This document shows positions 17,963-25,918 of a stretch of 64,000 bases of DNA, piece by piece. Source of the DNA: Clostridia bacterium (lineage in GTDB: Bacteria; Bacillota; Clostridia; TANB77; CAG-465); contig JAFWCU010000035.1 in the NCBI GenBank assembly GCA_017534305.1, positions 79,790 through 143,789 on the forward strand, given 5' to 3'. The position numbers and the translations under genes were made by a program. The notes under the pieces are model-generated. The model searched no databases. It had not been told where the DNA came from and saw only the letters and a program-made list of their open reading frames with translations. The first letter of the stretch is position 1. Each line of letters begins with the position of its first letter.

Positions 17963-19831
17963 ATGATAGTTTACGAGGCTACAAAAGAGTTATTTGTATC
18001 AGATGTAATACAAGATAAAATTAGAGATAGAATAGATAAAAAGTTTTATGAAAAAATGGGTTATCACACAAGTGAATCAGAAAGAAAAGCTTGGGAAAAC
18101 TCTATGCAATATATGTTAAAAGTATTAGTAGATAATAATATACCTGCAGCATGTGGTATAGCTATAGAATTTAGGATACCTAATACTTCTAAAAGAGTAG
18201 ATTTTATCATTTCAGGTAAAGATGAAAGTGGTAAAAATACAGCTATAATAGTAGAACTAAAACAATGGACTGAAGCAAAAATAGTAAGTGGTAAAGATGC
18301 TATAGTTGAAACATTTACAGGACATGCAGTAAGAGAAGTAGCACATCCATCATATCAAGCATGGTCTTATGCTACAACAATAGAAGATTATAACGAAAAT
18401 GTTCAACAACAATGTATTACTCTACATCCTTGCGCATACTTACACAATTACCAAAGAGTAACACCACCAACTATATTATCTGATGTATATAAAGAATATT
18501 TAGATAAAGCACCTGCATTTGTAAAAGGTGATGTAGAAGATTTAAGAAAATTCATTACAAAGCATATTAAGTATGGAGATAATAAAGAAACACTATACTT
18601 AATAGAAAATGGAAAAATAAGACCATCTAAAGCGTTACAAGACGCATTATCTGGAATGTTAAAAGGTAATAGAGAATTTGTAATGATAGATGATCAAAAA
18701 GTAGTATATGAAACTGCATTTAGTATGGCTAAAAAATCTTATCAAGATGGAAAGAAAAGAGTGCTAATTGTAGAAGGTGGACCAGGTACAGGTAAATCTG
18801 TAGTAGCAGTAAACTTACTTGTAAATCTAACAAATGAAAATATGCTATGCCAGTACGTAACTAAAAACTCTGCACCAAGAAATATATATGCTGCAAAACT
18901 TAGTGGTGAAATGAAGAAAACTAGAATAAACAATTTATTCAAAGGTTCAGGTGCATTTGTGGATGAACCGGCTAACCAATTTGATGCTTTAATAGTAGAT
19001 GAAGCACATAGATTAAATAAAAAATCTGGTATGTTCCAAAACTTAGGAGAAAATCAAATTAAAGAAATTATTAATGCATCTAAATTTTCTGTTTTCTTTA
19101 TAGATGAATCTCAAAGAGTAACTCTAAAAGATAATGGTAGTATAGAAGAAATAGAAAAATTCATTAAAGAATTTAATGCAGAAGAAGTTAAACTTGAACT
19201 ACAATCTCAATTTAGATGTAATGGCTCAGACGGATATATAGCATGGCTAGATGATGTATTACAAATTAGAGAAACAGCAAATGATATCTTTGACTTAGAT
19301 TATGATATTAGAATTTGTGATACACCAAATGAAGTAAGAGATATAATTTTTGAAAAAAATAAAGAATGTAATAAAGCAAGACTGCTTGCAGGATATTGTT
19401 GGAACTGGATAAAGGAAGGTAAAAACAAAAGTGATGTTCATGATATAACAATACCAGAGTATAATTTTGCTATGAGTTGGAACTTAGGAAATAGTGAAAC
19501 ATGGGCTATAGATGAAGACTCTGTAAATGAAATAGGATGTATACATACATCTCAAGGACTTGAGTTTGATTATGTGGGTGTAATAATAGGTGATGACTTA
19601 AAATATAGAGATGGAAAAATAATTACAGATTACACTAAAAGAGCAAGTACAGATCAATCACTTAAAGGAATAAATAAACTAGCAAAAGAAAATGCAGAAG
19701 AAGCTAAAAGAGTAGCAGATGAAATAATAAAAAACACATATAGAACATTACTATCTAGAGGACAAAAAGGATGCTATATCTATTGTATAGATAGTGAGTT
19801 GAGAGATTATTTAAAAGAAAGATTAAAATAG
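17963..19831 (+). CDS. DUF2075-family (Schlafen-group-3-like) nuclease-NTPase
   Basis: N-terminal RVDFIISG...AIIVELKQW (D...E-x-K), then VLIVEGGPGTGKSVVA (Walker A) and ALIVDEAHRL (Walker B). 622 aa. This layout is typical of DUF2075/COG3410. Confidence 0.7.
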   Translation: MIVYEATKELFVSDVIQDKIRDRIDKKFYEKMGYHTSESERKAWENSMQYMLKVLVDNNIPAACGIAIEFRIPNTSKRVDFIISGKDESGKNTAIIVELKQWTEAKIVSGKDAIVETFTGHAVREVAHPSYQAWSYATTIEDYNENVQQQCITLHPCAYLHNYQRVTPPTILSDVYKEYLDKAPAFVKGDVEDLRKFITKHIKYGDNKETLYLIENGKIRPSKALQDALSGMLKGNREFVMIDDQKVVYETAFSMAKKSYQDGKKRVLIVEGGPGTGKSVVAVNLLVNLTNENMLCQYVTKNSAPRNIYAAKLSGEMKKTRINNLFKGSGAFVDEPANQFDALIVDEAHRLNKKSGMFQNLGENQIKEIINASKFSVFFIDESQRVTLKDNGSIEEIEKFIKEFNAEEVKLELQSQFRCNGSDGYIAWLDDVLQIRETANDIFDLDYDIRICDTPNEVRDIIFEKNKECNKARLLAGYCWNWIKEGKNKSDVHDITIPEYNFAMSWNLGNSETWAIDEDSVNEIGCIHTSQGLEFDYVGVIIGDDLKYRDGKIITDYTKRASTDQSLKGINKLAKENAEEAKRVADEIIKNTYRTLLSRGQKGCYIYCIDSELRDYLKERLK

Positions 19832-19988
19832 GATAAAAAGCTACCAAATAAATTTGATAGCTTTATGTTACAAAAGTGAGTTGAAAAATGTCTAATTAAT
19901 AGATGTACTTTTTAAAAGGTAAAAAATAGAAAAACTATATTATTTTCAAATATTATAGTTATATAATTGGTAAAAAAGGGGAGTGCCA

Positions 19989-21296
19989 ATGAAAAAACTA
20001 AAAGAATTTACAGTAATACTATTAGAAAAAGAATATACAGCTAAATTTGACCAAGAAAATAGTGAATTAATAATAGATGATGAAAAGAAATTACGCAATA
20101 TAGCTAGAACAGACATAATTAAAATAAGAGATATGAATAATTGCTTTGTTAATAGTAAAAGTGAACTCTATTTTTGGTATGTCGAAAAATGTATACATGT
20201 AAATAGTGACTATGTTCTGTTTAAGGTAAAGTATTTTGTAAGTGATCCATTAAATAGAGGAAAAGCATTAAAAAGAAAATATAATAAGATAGTTTTAGCC
20301 GGTTCAAAAACAGTAAATAGATTACTACACCCTGCAGACTATTTTTATAATAATCTAGAAGAATCTAACTGTAATATTCTATATAATAAAAAAGTAATGA
20401 AATCATTTACAGTTAAATACAAAAAGAAAGAATTGCATTTTGAAATATATATTGGTAAATTAATAAATAATGGTAATTTATCAAGATTTGATGACTATGT
20501 AAAAATAGAAATCGAATCAAAAAAGAATATGAATATAAACGAAGCATTAATGTTAATTAAAAAGATTAAACAAGCTTTTGTTGTTTTAAGCGGTAACGAA
20601 AGTATTATTTTTAAATATATAGAATTAATTAATGAGACTTCTTATATTTACATTAATGAAAATGGGAGTGAAGATTTTTACAAATTAATGTCAGTAAATT
20701 TGTATCAAAATGAAATATTAGAGAAGATAATTAAGGGAACCATAGAGAATAAAAAATTAGAATATAGATTTTTTGAAAAGAACAACATAGAAATAACAAC
20801 ACTATATATTTGTAGAGCCTTTGAAAAAATCGCAGAGAAAAGAAGAATTAAGCCTAATAGATCAGATGCCGAAAATAGAATAATTACCGAATTACTAAAA
20901 AAATTACATACATTTGAGTCAAATGGATTTATAGATGGAGTAGAAAATACACTAAACACCTATAACAATAAGTTTTATTCACATTTAAAATGGGCTTTTG
21001 CTAAATACTATTATTATTTTGATGAAAGTAATATGTGTTGGCCTGATTTCTTTATAAAAAAAGTAGGTAAAAAAACAGAATGTGGTATTGAATTTGATGA
21101 TAGTGCTTATAGATTAAATAAACTGAGAAATAACATAGCACATGATGATATGACAAATATTATATTAGCCGAGGATAAAAACATAATTAATGGATTAGGA
21201 TATATTACATATATAATGTTATTAGAGGAGTTTGGATTAAGTAAAGATGAAATAATGTTGTTTATGACCTGGGGGATGAATTTGTTTATAGAATAA
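19989..21296 (+). CDS. Hypothetical protein with a C-terminal HEPN-like Rx4H motif (Abi/ApeA-like candidate)
   Basis: ORF track 19983..21296; ATG at 19989 after GGGGAG. The C-terminal YRLNKLRNNIAHDD gives R-NNIA-H. The N-terminal ~350 aa are unassignable. Confidence 0.5.
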   Translation: MKKLKEFTVILLEKEYTAKFDQENSELIIDDEKKLRNIARTDIIKIRDMNNCFVNSKSELYFWYVEKCIHVNSDYVLFKVKYFVSDPLNRGKALKRKYNKIVLAGSKTVNRLLHPADYFYNNLEESNCNILYNKKVMKSFTVKYKKKELHFEIYIGKLINNGNLSRFDDYVKIEIESKKNMNINEALMLIKKIKQAFVVLSGNESIIFKYIELINETSYIYINENGSEDFYKLMSVNLYQNEILEKIIKGTIENKKLEYRFFEKNNIEITTLYICRAFEKIAEKRRIKPNRSDAENRIITELLKKLHTFESNGFIDGVENTLNTYNNKFYSHLKWAFAKYYYYFDESNMCWPDFFIKKVGKKTECGIEFDDSAYRLNKLRNNIAHDDMTNIILAEDKNIINGLGYITYIMLLEEFGLSKDEIMLFMTWGMNLFIE

Positions 21297-21321
21297 TATA
21301 AATTTTAAGTAGTTGTTAATA

Positions 21322-21356
21322 AAAAGCAATAGATACCTATCTATTGCTTTTTTCTT
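21322..21356 (+). terminator. Intrinsic terminator at the right edge of the island
   Basis: GCAATAGATA-cc-TATCTATTGC hairpin flanked by an A-run and a T-run. Confidence 0.7.
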
Positions 21357-21436
21357 TTTCTTTCCCCATTTTCATCACTTATTGCAAATTCTTTTTCATC
21401 CATATATAATTAAAATATAAATGTGAGGGTTATTGT

Positions 21437-22633
21437 ATGAAAACAAGTAAATTAGAAGCAAACGCAATTATTGCAATTAGTGCAATGAAAAGCGTAATAG
21501 ATAAGTTTTTAGGCCCATTTTTAACAGCATATTTTATTCAAACATCTAAAGATAGTTTAGTGGATTTATCCATATATAACATTTTTTCAAATATTGTTTT
21601 AATGATATTTAGTATGATAGTATCAAGCTTTATTGAAAGAAAATTTAGAATAGGGATGTTTAGAATAGGTGTAGTATTAAACTTTGGATATATACTAACA
21701 ATTATACTTTTAAACGAAAACATAGTTCATTATCTATGGCTAATAGCAATACTAAGTGGTATTAGTTCAACTGCATATTGGATGCCATATAATTTATTTA
21801 ATCTAACAAAAATTAGTAACGAGGATAGAACCAAATATAACATTACATCTAGAATAGTATCTAATGTAATTGGTATATTTTGTCCTTTAATACTTGGATC
21901 ATTAATAACTGTAACAAATTATATTTTAACTGCAGGAGTAATACTTGTAATTTCTTTTATACAGATAATACTTACATTTATTCTTAAACCAGATGATTTA
22001 GATAAAACAGATACATTTAATCCAGTTAAAACATATAAAAAGATGAGTAGCAATAACCAAACATTAAGAAGTTTTAACTCACAATTTTTAGTTGGAATGA
22101 CAGTAAATACTAGTGCACTAGAAGTATTACTTGTAGTATTAGTTTTTAGCGTAATAAAAAGCAATTTCAACTTAGGTGTTATTACATCTATTAGTACAAT
22201 AATTAGCATATTAGCTATGTCTTTATATGGTAAGATATATAAAAACAGAGAAGATAAAAAGATAATATTATTATCTAGTATAGTTGTAGCTATAGTAGTA
22301 ACAACAATGGCTGTTTGGAAAAATTCAGTAGCACTTGTAATATGTTATTGTATATACATGGTATTAATAGACTTAATTAAACTAACACAAACAGTTAGAG
22401 CAGATAATGTTGCAAATACTAGTGTAGTAGATAAAACAGAACAATGTGAATATAATGCAATTAGAGAGGCACATATGGATTTTGGAAGAATAATTAGTTT
22501 TATACTGTTACTAGTTGCAGCTAAATTTGGAGGAAACACTTCACTAAATATACTCATGATATTCTTAAGTATATTAATTTGTTTCTTAGGAATAAACATA
22601 GTTAGAATTAATAAACAAGAAAATAAAGTATAG
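21437..22633 (+). CDS. Polytopic membrane transporter (MFS-like)
   Basis: 398 aa with about 10-12 hydrophobic segments. RBS GTGAGGG. Family not determinable by eye. Confidence 0.5.
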   Translation: MKTSKLEANAIIAISAMKSVIDKFLGPFLTAYFIQTSKDSLVDLSIYNIFSNIVLMIFSMIVSSFIERKFRIGMFRIGVVLNFGYILTIILLNENIVHYLWLIAILSGISSTAYWMPYNLFNLTKISNEDRTKYNITSRIVSNVIGIFCPLILGSLITVTNYILTAGVILVISFIQIILTFILKPDDLDKTDTFNPVKTYKKMSSNNQTLRSFNSQFLVGMTVNTSALEVLLVVLVFSVIKSNFNLGVITSISTIISILAMSLYGKIYKNREDKKIILLSSIVVAIVVTTMAVWKNSVALVICYCIYMVLIDLIKLTQTVRADNVANTSVVDKTEQCEYNAIREAHMDFGRIISFILLLVAAKFGGNTSLNILMIFLSILICFLGINIVRINKQENKV

Positions 22634-22701
22634 AATGAAAAAAATTGAGACAAGCTACATTTCGTGCTTGTCTTTTTAGTTGGCCGTAACTACACTTTAA
22701 G

Positions 22702-22730
22702 TTGACATAACGCTTACTTTATAGTATAAT
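22702..22730 (+). promoter_or_regulatory. Consensus SigA promoter
   Basis: TTGACA, 17-nt spacer, TATAAT (perfect consensus), about 60 nt upstream of the 34-codon ORF. Confidence 0.65.
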
Positions 22731-22788
22731 TATATATGTCATTAAAAAGTTTAGACTTAAAAATAATTTTTTTAAGGAGGGTTAGTTT

Positions 22789-22893
22789 ATGCTAACATTA
22801 TTATTAACTATTACTATTGTTTCTATTATTTTAACATGTATAGTTCGGCCAAATCAAAAACAAGGAATCGTATATTATACTAATAGGTCTTGA
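22789..22893 (+). CDS. 34-aa hydrophobic peptide (below the ORF-track cut-off)
   Basis: AAGGAGGG RBS 7 nt upstream of the ATG. Product is MLTLLLTITIVSIILTCIVRPNQKQGIVYYTNRS. It may instead be the N-terminus of a frameshifted gene (see findings). Confidence 0.4.
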   Translation: MLTLLLTITIVSIILTCIVRPNQKQGIVYYTNRS

Positions 22894-22915
22894 ACTGTTT
22901 GTTGCATTCATTATT

Positions 22916-23269
22916 ATGATGATTTATTTACCTATACAAACAGATATCAATTATTATAATAATTATGATTCTTTAAAGCAGGAGTATACACAAAATATAG
23001 AAGAGTGTAAAAACGAACTAAACCAAATAATTGCAACACAATCTGAGATTGATGGCTATGACTACTCAAAACATTTAGATGCTATGGGTTATGAAAAACT
23101 ATTTAAGACATATATGCCAGAAAAACTTAGACCTGTAGGATTTAATACAAGAAGTCCAGCAGATGCTGCAATAAGAAGAATAGCACTAAATGAAGGTTTC
23201 ATTAAAGACTTAGAAGATATTCGTGCAAACATTGATAGCAAGAAATGGTGGCTAAACTTTTCAAATTAA
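22916..23269 (+). CDS. Hypothetical protein (117 aa as called)
   Basis: ORF track. The reading frame is open upstream to 22844 and encodes a TM-like segment (ILIGLELFVAFIIMMIYL) with no ATG, so the true N-terminus is unclear. Confidence 0.45.
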   Translation: MMIYLPIQTDINYYNNYDSLKQEYTQNIEECKNELNQIIATQSEIDGYDYSKHLDAMGYEKLFKTYMPEKLRPVGFNTRSPADAAIRRIALNEGFIKDLEDIRANIDSKKWWLNFSN

Positions 23270-23524
23270 ATAATATTTTTTCGAATGATTTTATTCAAAA
23301 AATACCATATAAAAATTTCAAGACTAATATTAAATATATTAGTCTTTTTCTTTTGCTTTTTTATAGTCCTAATTCACTCAAATTTCTAAAATAACGAACT
23401 TTTAGTATGGTATAGATTAACTTTAGATACAAAAAGTATAACATAGCTAAAATTGGATATTTAATTGCTGTAAAATTATTTTAGTTTGTTGTATAATAGT
23501 TATATAAAAGTAGGAGGCATATAT

Positions 23525-24067
23525 ATGGGAATAATGAAAGATAATACAAATACTTATTTGTTATTTGGTATAATTGTTTGCATATTAATTGGATGTATAT
23601 TAATATTATTAAAAGACAAAAAAGTATTCAAAAAGAATGAAATGGTTATAGCTGCAAAAGATAAGTTAAAACACATAAGCAAAGTTAAAAAGATGTTCTT
23701 AATCTCGGGGTTAGTAATAGCAATAATAATAGCTATAATTATCATAATTCTTATGACTATTGATTGTAATAAAAGAATGTACAGTACAGATTATGGAGTT
23801 GCATGTGGAACTTCAATACTTATGAACAGTGTAGAAAAAACTATAAACACTATAATTGTAACTACACACGTATATATAGTAGTATTTCATATTCTATGGA
23901 TGCTATTTGAAAATTTATATTATAAGAAAAAAATAAAAAACAATAACCAATTCAATGAAAAAGAGAAAGCAATACTTATAGAAGCATATTCAACTTCCAA
24001 TTTAAGCATCGTTGGTTATGCAATAATCTGTCAAGTAATCCCACTCGCTTTAAGAATACTATTATAA
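23525..24067 (+). CDS. Membrane protein, unknown function
   Basis: ORF track 23486..24067. I prefer the ATG at 23525 (AGGAGG 7 nt upstream). About four hydrophobic segments. Confidence 0.5.
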   Translation: MGIMKDNTNTYLLFGIIVCILIGCILILLKDKKVFKKNEMVIAAKDKLKHISKVKKMFLISGLVIAIIIAIIIIILMTIDCNKRMYSTDYGVACGTSILMNSVEKTINTIIVTTHVYIVVFHILWMLFENLYYKKKIKNNNQFNEKEKAILIEAYSTSNLSIVGYAIICQVIPLALRILL

Positions 24068-24118
24068 TTATACGCATTGTCGAGTTTTGTCGAATACATA
24101 TTAATTACAATTATTCTA

Positions 24119-24147
24119 TTGACTATACATATATTGAAGAATATAAT
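24119..24147 (+). promoter_or_regulatory. Consensus-like SigA promoter upstream of the NMNAT-pnuC operon
   Basis: TTGACT, 17-nt spacer, TATAAT. Confidence 0.6.
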
Positions 24148-24185
24148 TCATTTGGCTAAGGCCACAATGTATAAACGAGTTATGA

Positions 24186-24225
24186 GGTGCAAGAAATAAT
24201 ACTTGCACCAATTTTTGTTTTTTTT
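24186..24225 (+). terminator. Intrinsic terminator or attenuator about 40 nt downstream of that promoter
   Basis: GGTGCAAG-aaataata-CTTGCACC followed by AATTTTTGTTTTTTTT. It lies 58 nt upstream of the NMNAT start codon. Confidence 0.65.
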
Positions 24226-24282
24226 ATTGAATATTTTTACCATATTATATATCATAATAATATATGAAAACGAGGTAATAAT

Positions 24283-24774
24283 ATGAAAAAATATAAAGTT
24301 GGAATGTATGGAGGAAAGTTCATGCCTTTCCATAAAGGCCATATGTATTGTGTAGAATATGCAGCAAAAATGTGTGAAAAATTATATGTTATATTATTTC
24401 ATGGAGGTGCACAAGAATTAGAAATTCTAAAGACTCGTCATGAAGATTGGCTACAAGTAAAAAGCAGAGAAGAGCACATGGCAAATGCACTTAAAGATAT
24501 GCCTGGTGTAGAATTTGTATCACTAGACGTTACAGCATGTAAAAAGCCAGATGGAACACAAGACTGGGATGCGGAAACACCACTAGTTCTTGAGGCTTGT
24601 GGTGGTCACCTAGATGCAGTATTTGGAAGTGAACCAGATTATGATGATTACTATTCAAAAGCATATCCTGGCGCAAAATATGAAATAATAGATGTAGATA
24701 GAAAAAAATATAATATTAGCGGCACTATGTGTAGAGCCATGAGCGAGGAGGAAAGAGCAAAATGGATAATCTAA
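24283..24774 (+). CDS. NadR-type nicotinamide-nucleotide adenylyltransferase (cytidylyltransferase fold)
   Basis: KVGMYGGKFMPFHKGHMYCV carries the (H/T)xGH motif. 163 aa and overlaps pnuC by 13 nt. Confidence 0.65.
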   Translation: MKKYKVGMYGGKFMPFHKGHMYCVEYAAKMCEKLYVILFHGGAQELEILKTRHEDWLQVKSREEHMANALKDMPGVEFVSLDVTACKKPDGTQDWDAETPLVLEACGGHLDAVFGSEPDYDDYYSKAYPGAKYEIIDVDRKKYNISGTMCRAMSEEERAKWII

Positions 24775-25478
24775 TTAAATCTTTCAAAAGCTTAAAATGG
24801 TATGAATGGATAATGATAATTGTAATGGTTGCAATAGCTGGATGGAAAGTTGTGGAAAGTGTGTTAAACTTGACACCAACAGCAGACCCAAATTGGCTTG
24901 CAATTGTTAATTTCATAAGTGGAATATGTGGAATAATCTGTATATTCTTTTGCGCTAAGGCAAGTGTTTCAAATTATGTGTTCGGACTAGTAAATACAAT
25001 AGTATATGTTCTATTCCTTATTCATGATAGAATATATGGAACACTAGCTCTAGAGCTTCTAGTATATCTTCCACTAAACATATTTGGATGGATAGTATGG
25101 GCAAGAAATAGAGATAAACAAGATACAGAAAAAACACTATCTAGAAAGTTAACTTGGTGGCAAGATATACTTTCTGTTATTGCAGTAGGTTTTACAGGAG
25201 TTATTTGTTACTTTGGACTATCTAAACTAGGTGGAGCAGTACCTTGGTTAGATGCATACATAGTTGCAGTTGGTGTAATTGCATCTATGCTACAATTATT
25301 CAGATTTAGAGAGCAATACATATGGTGGACAGTATCAAACATCGTTGCAGTAACAATGTATATTATTAATTTTGATCCTGTTTACTTAACTAAAAAAAGC
25401 ATTTATTTCATAATGGGTATCATCGGCTTATACAACTGGTGGAAACTACAAAAAGAAAGAAATGCAGAGAACAAATAG
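24762..25478 (+). CDS. pnuC: Nicotinamide riboside transporter PnuC
   Basis: 238-aa, 7-8 TM protein with Trp-rich segments (WYEWIMI..., NIFGWIVWARNR, YNWWKLQK) typical of PnuC, coupled to an NMNAT gene. Confidence 0.7.
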   Translation: MDNLIKSFKSLKWYEWIMIIVMVAIAGWKVVESVLNLTPTADPNWLAIVNFISGICGIICIFFCAKASVSNYVFGLVNTIVYVLFLIHDRIYGTLALELLVYLPLNIFGWIVWARNRDKQDTEKTLSRKLTWWQDILSVIAVGFTGVICYFGLSKLGGAVPWLDAYIVAVGVIASMLQLFRFREQYIWWTVSNIVAVTMYIINFDPVYLTKKSIYFIMGIIGLYNWWKLQKERNAENK

Positions 25479-25582
25479 TATGCAATTGGGGAAAATATAT
25501 ATGTGGGCAGCCTGTTTTAGGCTGCTTTTTTGTGACCATTTTGTAGAAATAGTGAAAGTTTTGTGTACTATTACTATTTTTG

Positions 25583-25822
25583 TTGCATATATAAATATGT
25601 AGTACTATAATGAGTTTATAGAAACAGAAAGTAATATAGTAATAATTAAATAACTCTTCGTTGACAGTTATAATTATACGAGTTCGATAGGTTCTCATAC
25701 TATATTACTTTAACAGTCACTGTTTCTTTAAAATTGTATTTTATACTAAAGTATCAAGATAAATTGCAAACAGATAAAACACAATAACTTATACACCGGA
25801 GCACTAAAAAGTGCTCCTTTTT
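25583..25822 (+). ncRNA. Candidate structured small RNA (promoter, long hairpin, terminator)
   Basis: TTGCAT-17-TATAAT at 25583-25611. A long imperfect hairpin pairs 25620-25641 with 25698-25727 (14 contiguous bp plus 8 bp). GGAGCAC-taaaaa-GTGCTCC plus T-run at 25798-25822. No ORF with an RBS inside. Confidence 0.4.
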
Positions 25823-25918
25823 GTATTTCTAAAACGGAAATTTAATATATAATAAATATGCGAAAGGTTTCTTTTTAAGAAATATTGTGGTATAATATAT
25901 ACTAAGGAAGTGATTAGT

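Noticed and set aside
21297-21436. A direct repeat of the tRNA-like element (5683-5748) at the right border of the island, as would be expected for an att site duplication.
   Set aside because: I could not find TTCGAGTCCTAG or the TTATCTA/TAGATAA arms near 21.3-21.5 kb or 22.6-22.8 kb by eye. An aligner should confirm this.
24148-24342. A 64-aa minus-strand ORF upstream of the NMNAT gene.
   Set aside because: It runs antisense across the promoter/terminator unit and the NMNAT start and has no RBS. The region is better explained as regulatory.
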